64,000 bases of DNA from Paragordius varius. Taxonomy: Eukaryota; Animalia; Nematomorpha. Shown here piece by piece: positions 37,001 through 52,000 of this stretch. Location of the stretch: contig OZ176057.1 of the NCBI GenBank assembly GCA_964247055.1, positions 4,216,001 through 4,280,000 on the forward strand. The letters are read 5' to 3'. Each line of letters opens with the position of its first letter. The stretch's first letter is position 1. The position numbers and the translations under genes were made by a program. The notes under the pieces are model-generated. The model was not told where the DNA came from. It saw only the letters and a list, made by a program, of their open reading frames with translations, and ran no database searches.

Positions 37001-40000
37001 AAAATATATGTTTGATTGTTGGAATCATTTAAAAGTTATTGGGCAACATATTTTTATTGTTGGAAAATTTATTTGATTGTTGAAAATGTATGTTTGATTG
37101 TTGGAAACATTAAAAAAATATTGGTCAACATATTTTGATTGTTGGAAAAATTATTTGATTGTTCAAAATATATGTTTGATTGTTGGAAACATTAAAAAAG
37201 TATTGGGCAACATATTTTTATTGTTGGAAATATCATTTGATTGTTGAAAATATATGTTTGATTGTTGGAAGCAAAAAGTTTTTGGGCATCATATTTTGAT
37301 TGTTGGAAAAATTATTTGATTGTTGAAAATATATGTTTGATTGTTGGAAACATTTAAAAGTTATTGGGCAACATATGTTTATTGTTAGAAAAATTATTTG
37401 ATTGTTGAAAATATATGTTTGATTGTTGGCATTAAAAAGTTTTTGGGCATCATATTTTGATTGTTGGAAATATTATTTGATTGTTGGAAGCAAAAAGTTT
37501 TTGGGCATCATATTTTGATTGTTAGAGAAATTATTTGATTGTTGAAAATATATGTTTGATTGCCTGAAACATCTAAAAGTTTTGGGCAACATATTTTGAT
37601 TGTTGGAAAAAATATTTGATTGTTGAAAATATATGTTTCATTGTTGAAAACATTAAAAAGGTTTTGCGCAATATATTTTGATTGTTTGAAAAATTATTTG
37701 ATTGTTGAAATTATATGTTTGATTGTTGGAAACATTAAAAAGTTATTGGGCAACATATTTTGATTGTTGGAAAAATTATTTAATTGTTAAAAATAAATGT
37801 TTGATTGTTGGAAACATTAAAAAAAGTATTGGGCAACATATTTTTATTGTTGGAAAATTTATTTGATTGTTGAAAATGTATGTTTGATTGTTGGAAACAT
37901 TAAAAAAATATTGGTCAACATATTTTGATTGTTGGAAAAATTATTTGATTGTTGAAAATATATGTTTGATTGTTTGTAACATTAAAAAGTTATTGGGCAA
38001 CATATTTTGATTGTTGGAAAAATTTGATTGTTGAAAATATATGTTTGATTGTTGGAAACATTAAAAAGTTATTGGGCAACATATTTTGATTGTTGGAAAA
38101 ATTATTTAATTGTTAAAAATAAATGTTTGATTGTTGGAAACATTAAAAAAAGTATTGGGCAACATATTTTTATTGTTGGAAAATTTATTTGATTGTTGAA
38201 AATGTATGTTTGATTGTTGGAAACATTAAAAAAATATTGGTCAACATATTTTGATTGTTGGAAAAATTATTTGATTGTTCAAAATATATGTTTGATTGTT
38301 GGAAACATTAAAAAAGTATTGGGCAACATATTTTTGTTGGAAATATCATTTGATTGTTGAAAATATATGTTTGATTGTTGGAAACATTAAAAAGTTATTG
38401 GGCAACATATTTTGATTGTTGGAAAAATTATTTAATTGTTAAAAATAAATGTTTGATTGTTGGAAACATTAAAAAAAGTATTGGGCAACATATTTTTATT
38501 GTTGGAAAATTTATTTGATTGTTGAAAATGTATGTTTGATTGTTGGAAACATTAAAAAAATATTGGTCAACATATTTTGATTGTTGGAAAAATTATTTGA
38601 TTGTTGAAAATATATGTTTGATTGTTTGTAACATTAAAAAGTTATTGGGCAACATATTTTGATTGTTGGAAAAATTTGATTGTTGAAAATATATGTTTGA
38701 TTGTTGGAATCATTAAAAAGTCATTGGGTAACATATTTTGATTGTTGGAAAAATTATTTGTCTGTTGGAAATGCTTGTTTGATTGTTGGAAACATCAAAA
38801 AGTTTATGCCAACATATTTTGATTGTTGGAAAAATTATTTAATTGTTCAAAATATATGTTTGATTGTTGGAAACATTAAAAAAGTATTGGGCAACATATT
38901 TTTATTGTTGGAAAAATTATTTGATTGTTGGAAATGTATGTTTGATTGTTGGAAACCTTAAGTATTGGGCAACATATTTTGATTGTTGGAAAAATTATTT
39001 GATTGTTATAAATATATGTTTGATTGTTGGAAACATTAAAAAAGTATTTAGCAACATATTTCAATTGTTGGAAATGCATATTTGATTGTTCGAAACATTA
39101 AAAAGTTATTGAGCAACATAATTTGATTGTTGGAAAAATTATTTGATTGTTGGAAATGTATGTTTGATCGTTGGAAACATTAAAAAAGTATTAGGCAACA
39201 TATTTTGATTGTTGGAAAAATTATTTGAGTGTTGAAAATATATGTTTGATTGTTGAAAACATTAGAAAAGGTATTGGGCAGCATATTTTGATTGTTGGAA
39301 AAATATTATTGATTGTTATAAATATATGTTTGATTGTTGGAAACATTAAAAAAGTATTTAGCAACATATTTCAATTGTTGGAAATGTATATTTGATTGTT
39401 GGAAACATTAAAAAGTTATTGAGCAACATAATTTGATTGTTGGAAAAATTATTTGATTGTTGGAAATGTATGTTTGATTGTTGGAAACATTAAAAAAGTA
39501 TTAGGCAACATATTTTGATTGTTGGAAAAATTATTTGTTGTTGAAAATATATGTTTGATTGTTGGTAACATTTAAAAGTTTTGAAGCAACATATTTTGAT
39601 TGTTGTAAAAAATATTTGATTGTTGAAAATATATGTTTGATTGTTGGAAACATTAAAAAGTTTTAGGCAACATATTTTGATTGTTGTAAAATTATTTGAT
39701 TGTTGAAAATATATGTTTGATTGTTGGAAACATTGAAAAGTTATTGGCCAACATATTTAAATTGTGGATTATTTGATTGTTGAAAATATATGTTTGATTG
39801 TTGGAAACATTTAAAAGTTTTTGGGCAACATATTTTGATTGTTGAAAAATTATTTGATTGTTGAAAATATATGTTTGATTGTTGGAAACATTAAAAAGTT
39901 ATTGGCCAACATATTTAAGTTGGATTATTTGATTGTTGAAAATATATGTTTGATTGTTATAAACATTTAAAAGTTATTGGGCAACATATTTTGATTGTTG

Positions 40001-43000
40001 GAAAAATTATATGATTGTTGAAAATATATGTTTGATTGTTGGAAACATTAAAAAAGTATTGGCCAACATATTTTTATTGTTGGAAAAATATTTTGATTGT
40101 TGAAAATATATGTTTGATTGTTGTAAACATTTAAAAGTTATTGGGCAACATATTTTGATTGTTGAAAAATTATTTGATTGTTGAAAATATATGTTTGATT
40201 GTTGGAAACATTAAAAAGTTATTGGCCAACATATTTAAGTTGGATTATTTGATTGTTGAAAATATATGTTTGATTGTTATAAACATTTAAAAGTTATTGG
40301 GCAACATATTTTGATTGTTGGAAAAATTATATGATTGTTGAAAATATATGTTTGATTGTTGGAAACATTAACAAATTATTGGCCAACATATTTAAATTGT
40401 TGGATTATTTGATTGTTGAAAATATATGTTTGATTGTTGGAAACATTAAAAAGTTATTGGGCAACATACTTTGATTGTTGGAAAAATGTTTTGATTGTTG
40501 AAAATATATGTTTGATTGTTGTAAACATTTAAAAGTTTTGAAGCAACATATTTTGATTGTTGTAAAAAATATTTGATTGTTGAAAATATATGTTTGATTG
40601 TTGGAAACATTAAAAAGTTTTAGGCAACATATTTTTTTGTTGAAAAATTATTTGATTGTTGAAAATATATGTTTGATTGTTGGAAACATTAAAAAGTTAT
40701 TGGCCAACATATTTAAGTTGGATTATTTGATTGTTGAAAATATATGTTTGATTGTTATAAACATTTAAAAGTTATTGGGCAACATATTTTGATTGTTGGA
40801 AAAATTATATGATTGTTGAAAATATATGTTTGATTGTTGGAAACATTAACAAATTATTGGCCAACATATTTAAATTGTTGGATTATTTGATTGTTGAAAA
40901 TATATGTTTGATTGTTGGAAACATTAAAAAGTTATTGGGCAACATACTTTGATTGTTGGAAAAATGTTTTGATTGTTGAAAATATATGTTTGATTGTTGT
41001 AAACATTTAAAAGTTTTGAAGCAACATATTTTGATTGTTGTAAAAAATATTTGATTGTTGAAAATATATGTTTAATTGTTCGAAACATTAAAAAGTTTTA
41101 GGCAACATATTTTGATTGTTGAAATATTTGATTGTTGAAAATATATGTTGGATTGTTGGAAACATTAATAAGTTATTGGCCAACATATTTAAATTGTTGG
41201 ATTTTGATTGTTAAAAATATATATTTGATTGTTGGAAACATTCAAAAAGTATTGGGCAACATATTTTGATTAATGGAAAAATTATTTGATTGTTGTAATG
41301 TATGTATGATTGTTGGAAACATTAAAAAGTTATTGGGCAAAATATTTTGATAATTGGAAAATTATTTGATTGTTGAAAGTATATGTTTGATTGTTGGAAA
41401 TATAAAAAAGTTATTGGGGAACATATTTTGATTGTTTTAAAAATTATTTGATTGTTAAAAATATACGTTTGATTGATGGAAACATTTAAAAGTTATTGGG
41501 CAAAATATTTTGATTGTTGGAAAATTATTTGATTGTTAAAAATATATGTTTGATTTTTGGAAATATAAAAAGTTATTTAGGAACATATTTTGATTGTTGG
41601 AAAATTATTTAATTGTTGAAAATATATGTTTGGTTGTTGCAAACATAAAAAAAATATTGGGCACTATATTTTGATTGTTGGAAAAATTATTTGATTGTTG
41701 AAAATATATGTATGATTGTTGAAAACATTAAAAAGTTTAGGCAACATATTTTGATTGTTGGAAAAATTATTTGATTGTTGAAAATTATGTTTGATTGTTG
41801 GAAACATTAAAAAGTTTAGGTAACATATTTTGATTGTTGGAAAAATTATTTGATTGTTGAAAATATATGTTTGATTGTAGGAAACATTAAAAAGATTTGG
41901 GCAACATATTTTGATTGTTGGAAAAAATATTTGATTGTTGAAAATATATGTTTGGTGGAAACATTAAAAATTTTTGCGCAACATATTTTGATTGTTGGAA
42001 CAATGTTTTGATTGTTGAAAATATATGTTTTAATGTTTTGATTGTTGGAAAAATTATTTGATTATTGAAAATATATGTTTGATGGTTGGAAACATTAAAA
42101 AGTTTATGAGCAACATATTTTGATTGTTGGAAAAATTATTTGATTGTTGAAAATATATGTTTGATTGTTGGAAACATGAAAAAGTTATTACAACATATTT
42201 TGATTGCTGGAAAAATTATTTAATTGTTGGAAATATATGTTTGATTGTTGGAAACAAAAGGTTTTGGGCAACATATTTTAATTGTTGGAAAAATTCTTTG
42301 ATTGTTAGAAATATATGTTTCATTGTTCCAAACATAAAAAAGGGCAACATATTTTCATTGTTGGAAAAATTATTTGATTGTTGAAAATATATGTTTGATT
42401 GTTGGAAACATGAAAAAGTTATTACAACATATTTTTATTGTTGAAAAAATTATTTGATTGTTGAAAATATATGTTTGATTGTTGGAAACATTAAAAGGTA
42501 TTGGGGAACATATTTTGATTGTTGGAAAATTATCTGATTGTTGAAAATATATGTTTTATTGTTCCAAACATAAAACAGATATTGGGCAACATTTTTTGAT
42601 TGTTAGAAAAATTAGTTGATTGTTGAAAATATATGTTTTGTTGCAAACATAAAAAAATTATTGGGCAACATATTTTGATTGTTGGAAAAATTATTTGATT
42701 GTTGAAAATATATGTTTATTTGTAGGAAACATTAAAAAAGTATTGGGCAATTTTGATTATTGGAAAAATTATTTGATTGTTCAAATAATATATTTGATTG
42801 TTGGAATCATTAAAAGTTATTGGGTAACATATTTTGATTGTTGGAAAATTTATTTGATTGTTGAAAATATATGTTTGATTGTTGGAAACATTGAAAAGGT
42901 ATTGGGCAATATATTTTGATTGTTGGAAAAATTATTTGATTGTTGAAAATGTAGGTTTGATCGAAACACTATTTGATTGTTAAAAATATATATTTGATTG

Positions 43001-46000
43001 TTGGAAACATTAAAAAAGTATTAGGCAACATATTTTGATTGTTGGAAAAATTATTTGATTGTTGAAAATGTAGGTTTGATTGTCGAAACATTATTTGATT
43101 GTTAAAAATATATATTTGATTGTTGGAAACATTAAAAAAGTATTAGGCAACATATTTTGATTGTTGGAAAAATTATTTGATTGTTGAAAATGTAGGTTTG
43201 ATTGTCGAAACATTATTTGATTGTTAAAAATATATATTTGATTGTTGGAAACATTAATATTGGGCAACATAATTTGATTGTTGGAAAAATTATTTGATTG
43301 TTCAAAATATATGTTTGCTTGTTGGAATCATTAAAAAGTTATTGGATAACATATTTTGATTGTTGGAAAAATTATTTGATTGTTGGAAACATTAAAAAGT
43401 TATTGGGCAACATATTTTGATTGTTGGAAAAATTATTTGATTGTTCAAAATAAATGTTTGATTGTTGGAAAATTTATTTGATTGTTGAAAATATATGTCT
43501 GATAGTAGGAAACACTAAAAAGTTATTGGGAAACGTATTTTGATTTTTAGAAAAATTATTTGATTGTTAAAAATTGTTGGAAACATTAAAAAGTATTGGG
43601 CAACATATTTTGATTGTTGGCAAAATTATTTGATTGTTGAAAATATATGTTTTAATGTTTTGATTGTTGGAAAAATTATTTGATTATTGAAAATATATGT
43701 TTGATGGTTGGAAACATTAAAAAGTTTATGAGCAACATATTTTGATTGTTGGAAAAATTATTTGATTGTTGAAAATATATGTTTGATTGTTGGAAACATG
43801 AAAAAGTTATTACAACATATTTTTATTGTTGAAAAAATTATTTGATTGTTGAAAATATATGTATGATTGTTGGAAACATTAAAAGGTATTGGGGAACATA
43901 TTTTGATTGTTGGAAAATTATCTGATTGTTGAAAATATATGTTTTATTGTTCCAAACATAAAACAGATATTGGGCAACATTTTTTGATTGTTAGAAAAAT
44001 TAGTTGATTGTTGAAAATATATGTTTTGTTGCAAACATAAAAAAATTATTGGGTTACATATTTTGATTGTTGGAAAAATTATTTGATTGTTGAAAATATA
44101 TGTTTATTTGTTGGAAACATTAAAAAAGTATTGGGCAACTTTTGATTGTTGGAAAAATTATTTGATTGTTCAAATAATATATTTGATTGTTGGAATCATT
44201 AAAAAGTTATTGGGTAACATATTTTGATTGTTGGAAATTTATTTGATTGTTGGAAATGCATGTTTGATTGATGGAAACATTAAAAAAGTATTGGGCAACA
44301 TATTTTGATTGTTGGAAAAATTATTTGATTGTTCAAAATATATGTTTGCTTGTTGGAATAATTAAAAAGTTATTGGATAACATATTTTGATTGTTGGAAA
44401 AATTATTTGATTGTTGGAAATGCATGTTTGATTGTTGGAAACATTAAAAAGTTATTGGGCAACACATTTTGATTGTTGGAAAAATTATTTGATTGTTCAA
44501 AATATATGTTTGATTGTTGAAACATTAAAAAAGTATTGGGCAACATATTTTTATTGTTGGAAAATTTATTTGATTGTTAAAAATTGTTTTATTAAAAAGT
44601 ATTGGGCAACATATTTTGATTGTTGGAAAAATTATTTGATTGTTGAAAATGTATTTTTGATTGTTGGAAACATTTAAAAGTTTTTTGGCAACATATTTTA
44701 ATTGTATGAAAAATTATTTGATTACTTAAAATATATGTTTGATTGTTGGAAACATTAAAAAGGTATTGAGCAACATATTTTGAATGTTGGAAAAATTATT
44801 TGATTGTTGAAAATATATGTATGATTGTTGAAAACATTAAAAAGTTTAGGCAACATATTTTGATTGTTGGAAAAATTATTTGATTGTTGAAAATTATGTT
44901 TGATTGTTGGAAACATTAAAAAGTTTAGGTAACATATTTTGATTGTTGGAAAAATTATTTGATTGTTGAAAATATATGTTTGATTGTAGGAAACATTAAA
45001 AAGATTTCAGCAACATATTTTGATTGTTGGAAAAAATATTTGATTGTTGAAAATATATGTTCATTGGTGGAAACATTAAAAATTTTTGCGCAACATATTT
45101 TGATTGTTGGAACAATGTTTTGATTGTTGAAAATATATGTTTTAATGTTTTGATTGTTGGAAAAATTATTTGATTATTGAAAATATATGTTTGATGGTTG
45201 GAAACATTAAAAAGTTTATGAGCAACATATTTTGATTGTTGGAAAAATTATTTGATTGTTGAAAATATATGTTTGATTGTTGGAAACATGAAAAAGTTAT
45301 TACAACATATTTTGATTGCTGGAAAAATTATTTAATTGTTGGAAATATATGTTTGATTGTTGGAAACAAAAGGTTTTGGGCAACATATTTTAATTGTTGG
45401 AAAAATTCTTTGATTGTTAGAAATATATGTTTCATTGTTCCAAACATAAAAAAGGGCAACATATTTTCATTGTTGAAAAAATTATTTGATTGCTGAAAAT
45501 ATATGTTTGATTGTTGGAAACATTAAAAGGTATTGGGGAACATATTTTGATTGTTGGAAAATTATCTGATTGTTGAAAATATATGTTTTATTGTTCCAAA
45601 CATAAAACAGATATTGGGCAACATTTTTTGATTGTTAGAAAAATTAGTTGATTGTTGAAAATATATGTTTTGTTACAAACATAAAAAAATTATTGGGCAA
45701 CATATTTTGATTGTTGGAAAAATTATTTGATTGTTGAAAATATATGTTTATTTGTTGGAAACATTAAAAAAGTATTGGGCAATTTTGATTATTGGAAAAA
45801 TTATTTGATTGTTCAAATAATATATTTGATTGTTGGAATCATTAAAAGTTATTGGGCAATATATTTTGATTGTTGGAAAAATTATTTGATTGTTGAAAAT
45901 GTAGGTTTGATTGTCAAAACACTATTTGATTGTTAAAAATATATATTTGATTGTTGGAAACATTAAAAAAGTATTAGGCAACATATTTTGATTGTTGGAA

Positions 46001-49000
46001 AAATTATTTGATTGTTGAAAATGTAGGTTTGATTGTCGAAACATTATTTGATTGTTAAAAATATATATTTGATTGTTGGAAACATTAAAAAAGTATTAGG
46101 CAACATATTTTGATTGTTGGAAAAATTATTTGATTGTTGAAAATGTAGGTTTGATTGTCGAAACATTATTTGATTGTTAAAAATATATATTTGATTGTTG
46201 GAAACATTAATATTGGGCAACATATTTTGATTGTTGTAAAAATTATTTGATTGTTCAAAATATATGTTTGCTTGTTGGAATCATTAAAAAGTTATTGGGC
46301 AACATATTTTGATTGTTGGAAAAATTATTTGATTGTTCAAAATATATGTTTGATTGTTGGAAAATTTATTTGATTGTTGAAAATATATGTCTGATAGTTG
46401 GAAACACTAAAAAGTTATTGGGAAACGTATTTTGATTTTTAGAAAAATTATTTGATTGTTAAAAATTGTTGGAAACATTAAAAAGTATTGGGCAACATAT
46501 TTTGATTGTTGGCAAAATTATTTGATTGTTGAAAATATATGTTTTAATGTTTTGATTGTTGGAAAAATTATTTGATTATTGAAAATATATGTTTGATGGT
46601 TGGAAACATTAAAAAGTTTATGAGCAACATATTTTGATTGTTGGAAAAATTATTTGATTGTTGAAAATATATGTTTGATTGTTGGAAACATGAAAAAGTT
46701 ATTACAACATATTTTTATTGTTGAAAAAATTATTTGATTGTTGAAAATATATGTATGATTGTTGGAAACATTAAAAGGTATTGGGGAACATATTTTGATT
46801 GTTGGAAAATTATCTGATTGTTGAAAATATATGTTTTATTGTTCCAAACATAAAACAGATATTGGGCAACATTTTTTGATTGTTAGAAAAATTAGTTGAT
46901 TGTTGAAAATATATGTTTTGTTGCAAACATAAAAAAATTATTGGGCAACATATTTTGATTGTTGGAAAAATTATTTGATTGTTGAAAATATATGTTTATT
47001 TGTTGGAAACATTAAAAAAGTATTGGGCAACTTTTGATTGTTGGAAAAATTATTTGATTGTTCAAATAATATATTTGATTGTTGGAATCATTAAAAAGTT
47101 ATTGGGTAACATATTTTGATTGTTGGAAAATTTATTTGATTGTTGGAAATGCATGTTTGATTGTTGGAAACATTAAAAAAGTATTGGGCAACATATTTTG
47201 ATTGTTGGAAAAATTATTTGATTGTTCAAAATATATGCTTGCTTGTTGGAATAATTAAAAAGTTATTGGATAACATATTTTGATTGTTGGAAAAATTATT
47301 TGATTGTTGGAAATGCATGTTTGATTGTTGGAAACATTAAAAAGTTATTGGGAAACACATTTTGATTGTTGGAAAAATTATTTGATTGTTCAAAATATAT
47401 GTTTGATTGTTGAAACATTAAAAAAGTATTGGGCAACATATTTTTATTGTTGGAAAATTTATTTGATCGTTAAAAATTGTTTTATTAAAAAGTATTGGGC
47501 AACATATTTTGATTGTTGGAAAAATTATTTGATTGTTGAAAATGTATTTTTGATTGTTGGAAACATTTAAAAGTTTTTTGGCAACATATTTTAATTGTAT
47601 GAAAAATTATTTGATTACTTAAAATATATGTTTGATTGTTGGAAACATTAAAAAGGTATTGAGCAACATATTTTGAATGTTGGAAAAATTATTTGATTGT
47701 TGAAAATATATGTTTGATTGTTGGAAACATTAAAAAAGTACTGGGCAACATATTTTGATTGTTGAAAAAATTATTTGATTGTTGTAATGTATGTTTGATT
47801 GTTGGAAACATTAAAAAGTTATTAGGAAATATATTTTTATTGTTGGAAAATTTATTTGATTGTTGAAAATATATGTTTGATTGTTGGAATCATTAAAAAG
47901 TTATTGGGTAAATATTTTTATTGATGGAAAAATTATTTGATTGTTGGAAATGCATGTTTGATTGTTGGAAACATTAAAAAGTTATTGGGTAAGATATTTT
48001 GATTGTTGAAAAAATTATTTGATTGTTGGAAATGCATGTTTGATTGTTGGAAACATTAAAAAGTTATTGGGCAACATATTTTGATTGTTGGAAAAATTAT
48101 TTGATTGTTGTAATGTTTGTTTAATTGTGGGAAACATTAAAAAGTTATTAGGCAACATATTTTGATTGTTGAAAAAATTATTTGACTGTTCAAAATATAT
48201 GTTTGATTGTTGGAAACATTAAAAAAGTATTGGGCAACATATTTTTATTGTTGGAAAAATTATTTGATTGTTCAAAATATATGTTTGATTGTTGGAAACA
48301 TTAAAAAAGTGTTGGGCAACATATTTTGATTGTTGGAAAAATTATTTGATTGTTGGAAATGCATGTTTGATTGTTGGAAACATTAAAAAGTTATTGGGCA
48401 ACATATTTTGATTGTTGGAAAAATTATTTAATTGTTAAAAATAAATGTTTGATTGTTGGAAACATTAAAAAAAGTATTGGGCAACATATTTTTATTGTTG
48501 GAAAATTTATTTGATTGTTGAAAATGTATGTTTGATTGTTGGAAACATTAAAAAAATATTGGTCAACATATTTTGATTGTTGGAAAAATTATTTGATTGT
48601 TGAAAATATATGTTTGATTGTTTGTAACATTAAAAAGTTATTGGGCAACATATTTTGATTGTTGGAAAAATTTGATTGTTGAAAATATATGTTTGATTGT
48701 TGGAATCATTAAAAAGTCATTGGGTAACATATTTTGATTGTTGGAAAAATTATTTGTCTGTTCGAAATGCTTGTTTGATTGTTGGAAACATCAAAAAGTT
48801 ATTGGCCAACATATTTTGATTGTTGGAAAAATTATTTGGTTGTTCAAAATATATGTTTGATTGTTGGAAACATTAAAAAAGTATTGGGCAACATATTTTT
48901 ATTGTTGGAAATATCATTTGATTGTTGAAAATATATGTTTGATTGTTGGAAGCAAAAAGTTTTTGGGCATCATATTTTGATTGTTGGAAAAATTATTTGA

Positions 49001-52000
49001 TTGTTGAAAATATATGTTTGATTGTTGGAAACATTTAAAAGTTATTGGGCAACATATGTTGATTGTTGGAAAAATTATTTGATTGTTGAAAATATATGTT
49101 TGATTGTTGGCATTAAAAAGTTTTTGGGCATCATATTTTGATTGTTGGAAATATATGTTTGATTGTTGGAAGCAAAATGTTTTTGGGCATCATATTTTGA
49201 TTGTTAGAGAAATTATTTGATTGTTGAAAATATATGTTTGATTGCCTGAAACATTTAAAAGTTTTGGGCAACATATTTTGATTGTTGGAAAAAATATTTG
49301 ATTGTTGAAAATATATGTTTCATTGTTGAAAACATTAAAAAGGTTTTGCGCAACATATTTTGATTGTTTGAAAAATTATTTGATTGTTGAAATTATATGT
49401 TTGATTGTTGGAAACATTAAAAAGTTATTGGGCAACATATTTTGATTGTTGGAAAAATTATTTAATTGTTAAAAATAAATGTTTGATTGTTGGAAACATT
49501 AAAAAAAGTATTGGGCAACATATTTTAATTGTTGGAAAAATTATTTGATTGTTGGAAATGCATGTTTGATTGTTGGAAACATTAAAAAGTTATTGGGCAA
49601 CATATTTTGTTTGTTGGAAAAATTATTTGATTGTTGAATATATATGTTTGATTGTTGGAAACATTTGAAAGTTTTTGGGCAACATATTTTGATTGTTGGA
49701 AACATTTAAAAGTTTTTGCGCAACATATTTTGATTGTTTGAAAAATTTGATTGTTGAAAATATATGAATGATTGCTGGAAACATTTAAAAGTTTTTGGGC
49801 AACATATTTTGATTGTTGGAAATATTATTTGATTGTTGAATATATATGTTTGATTGTTGGAAACATTAAAAAGTTATTGGGCAACATATTTTGATTGTTG
49901 GAAAAATGTTTTGATTGTTGAAAATATATTGGAAACATTTAAAAATTTTGGGCAACATATTTTGATTGTTGGAAAAACTTGATTGTTGAAAATATATGTT
50001 TCATTGTTGGAAACATAAAAAAGGTTTTGCGCAGCATATTTTGATTGTTGGAAAAATTATTTATTGTTGAAAATATATGTTTGATTGCTGGAAACATTTA
50101 AAAGTTTTTGGGCAACATATTTTGATTGTTGGAAAAATTATTGGATTGTTGAATATATATGTTTGATTGTTGGAAACATTAAAAAGTTATTGGGCAACAT
50201 ATTTTGATTGTTGGAAAAATGTTTTGATTGTTGAAAATATATGTTTGATTGCTGGATACATTTAAAAGTTATTGGGCAACATATTTTGTTTGTTGGAAAA
50301 ATTATTTGATTGTTGAATATATATGTTTGATTGTTGGAAACATTTGAAAGTTTTTGGGCAACATATTTTGATTGTTGGAAAAATGTTTTGATTGTTGAAT
50401 ATATATGTTTGATTGTTGGAAACATTTAAAAGTTTTTGGGCAACATATTTTGATTGTTGGAAAAATGTTTTGATTGTTGAAAATATATGTTTGATTGTTG
50501 GAAACATTTAAAAGTTTTTGGGCAACATATTTTGATTGTTGGAAAAATGTTTTGATTGTTGAAAATATATGTTTGATTGTTGGAAACATTTAAAAGTTTT
50601 TGGGCAACATATTTTGATTGTTGGAAAAATTATTTGATTGTTGAATATATATGTTTGATTGTTGGAAACATTAAAAAGTTATTGGGCAACATATTTTGAT
50701 TGTTGGAAAAATTATTTGATTGTTGAATATATATGTTTGATTGTTGGAAACATTTAAAAGTTTTTGGGCAACATATTTTGATTGTTGGAAAAATTATTTG
50801 ATTGTTGAAAATATATGTTTGATTGCTGGAAACATTTAAAAGTTTTTGGGCAACATATTTTGATTGTTGGAAAAATTTGATTGTTGAAAATATATGTTTC
50901 ATTGTTGGAAACATTAAAAAGGTTTTGCGCAACATAATTTAATTGTTGGAAAAATTATTTGATTGTTGAATATATATGTTTGATTGTTGGAAACATTAAA
51001 AAGTTATTGGGCATCATATTTTGATTGTTGGAAAAATTATTTGATTGTTGTATATATATGTTTGATTGTTGGAAACATTAAAAAGTTATTGGGCAACATA
51101 TTTTGATTGTTGGAAAAATTATTTGATTGTTGAATATATATGTTTGATTGTTGGAAACATCTAAAAGTTTTTGGGCAACATATTTTGATTGTTGGAAAAA
51201 TTATTTGATTGTTGAAAATATATGTTTGATGGCTGGAAACATTTAAAAGTTTTTGGGCAACATATTTTGATTGTTGGAAAAATTTGATTGTTGAAAATAT
51301 ATGTTTCATTGTTGGAAACATTAAAAAGGTTTTGCGCAACATATTTTGATTGTTGGAAAAATTATTTGATTGTTGAAAATATATGTTTAATTGTTGGAAA
51401 CATTTAAAATTTGGTCAACATATTTTGATTGTTGTAAAAAATATTTGATTGTTGAAAATATATGTTTCATTGTTGGAAACATTAAAAAGGTTTTGCGCAA
51501 CATATTTTGATTGTTGGAAAAATTATTTGATTGTTGAATATATATGTTTGATTGTTGGAAACATTTAAAAGTTTTTGGGCAACATATTTTGATTGTTGGA
51601 AAAATGTTTTGATTGTTGAAAATATATGTTTGATTGTTGGAAACATTTAAAAGTTTTTGGGCAACATATTTTGATTGTTGGAAAAATTATTTGATTGTTG
51701 AATATATATGTTTGATTGTTGGAAACATTAAAAAGTTATTGGGCAACATATTTTGATTGTTGGAAAAATTATTTGATTGTTGAATATATATGTTTGATTG
51801 TTGGAAACATTTAAAAGTTTTTGGGCAACATATTTTGATTGTTGGAAAAATTATTTGATTGTTGAAAATATATGTTTGATTGCTGGAAACATTTAAAAGT
51901 TTTTGGGCAACATATTTTGATTGTTGGAAAAATTATTTGATTGTTGAATATATATGTTTGATTGTTGGAAACATTTGAAAGTTTTTGGGCAACATATTTT

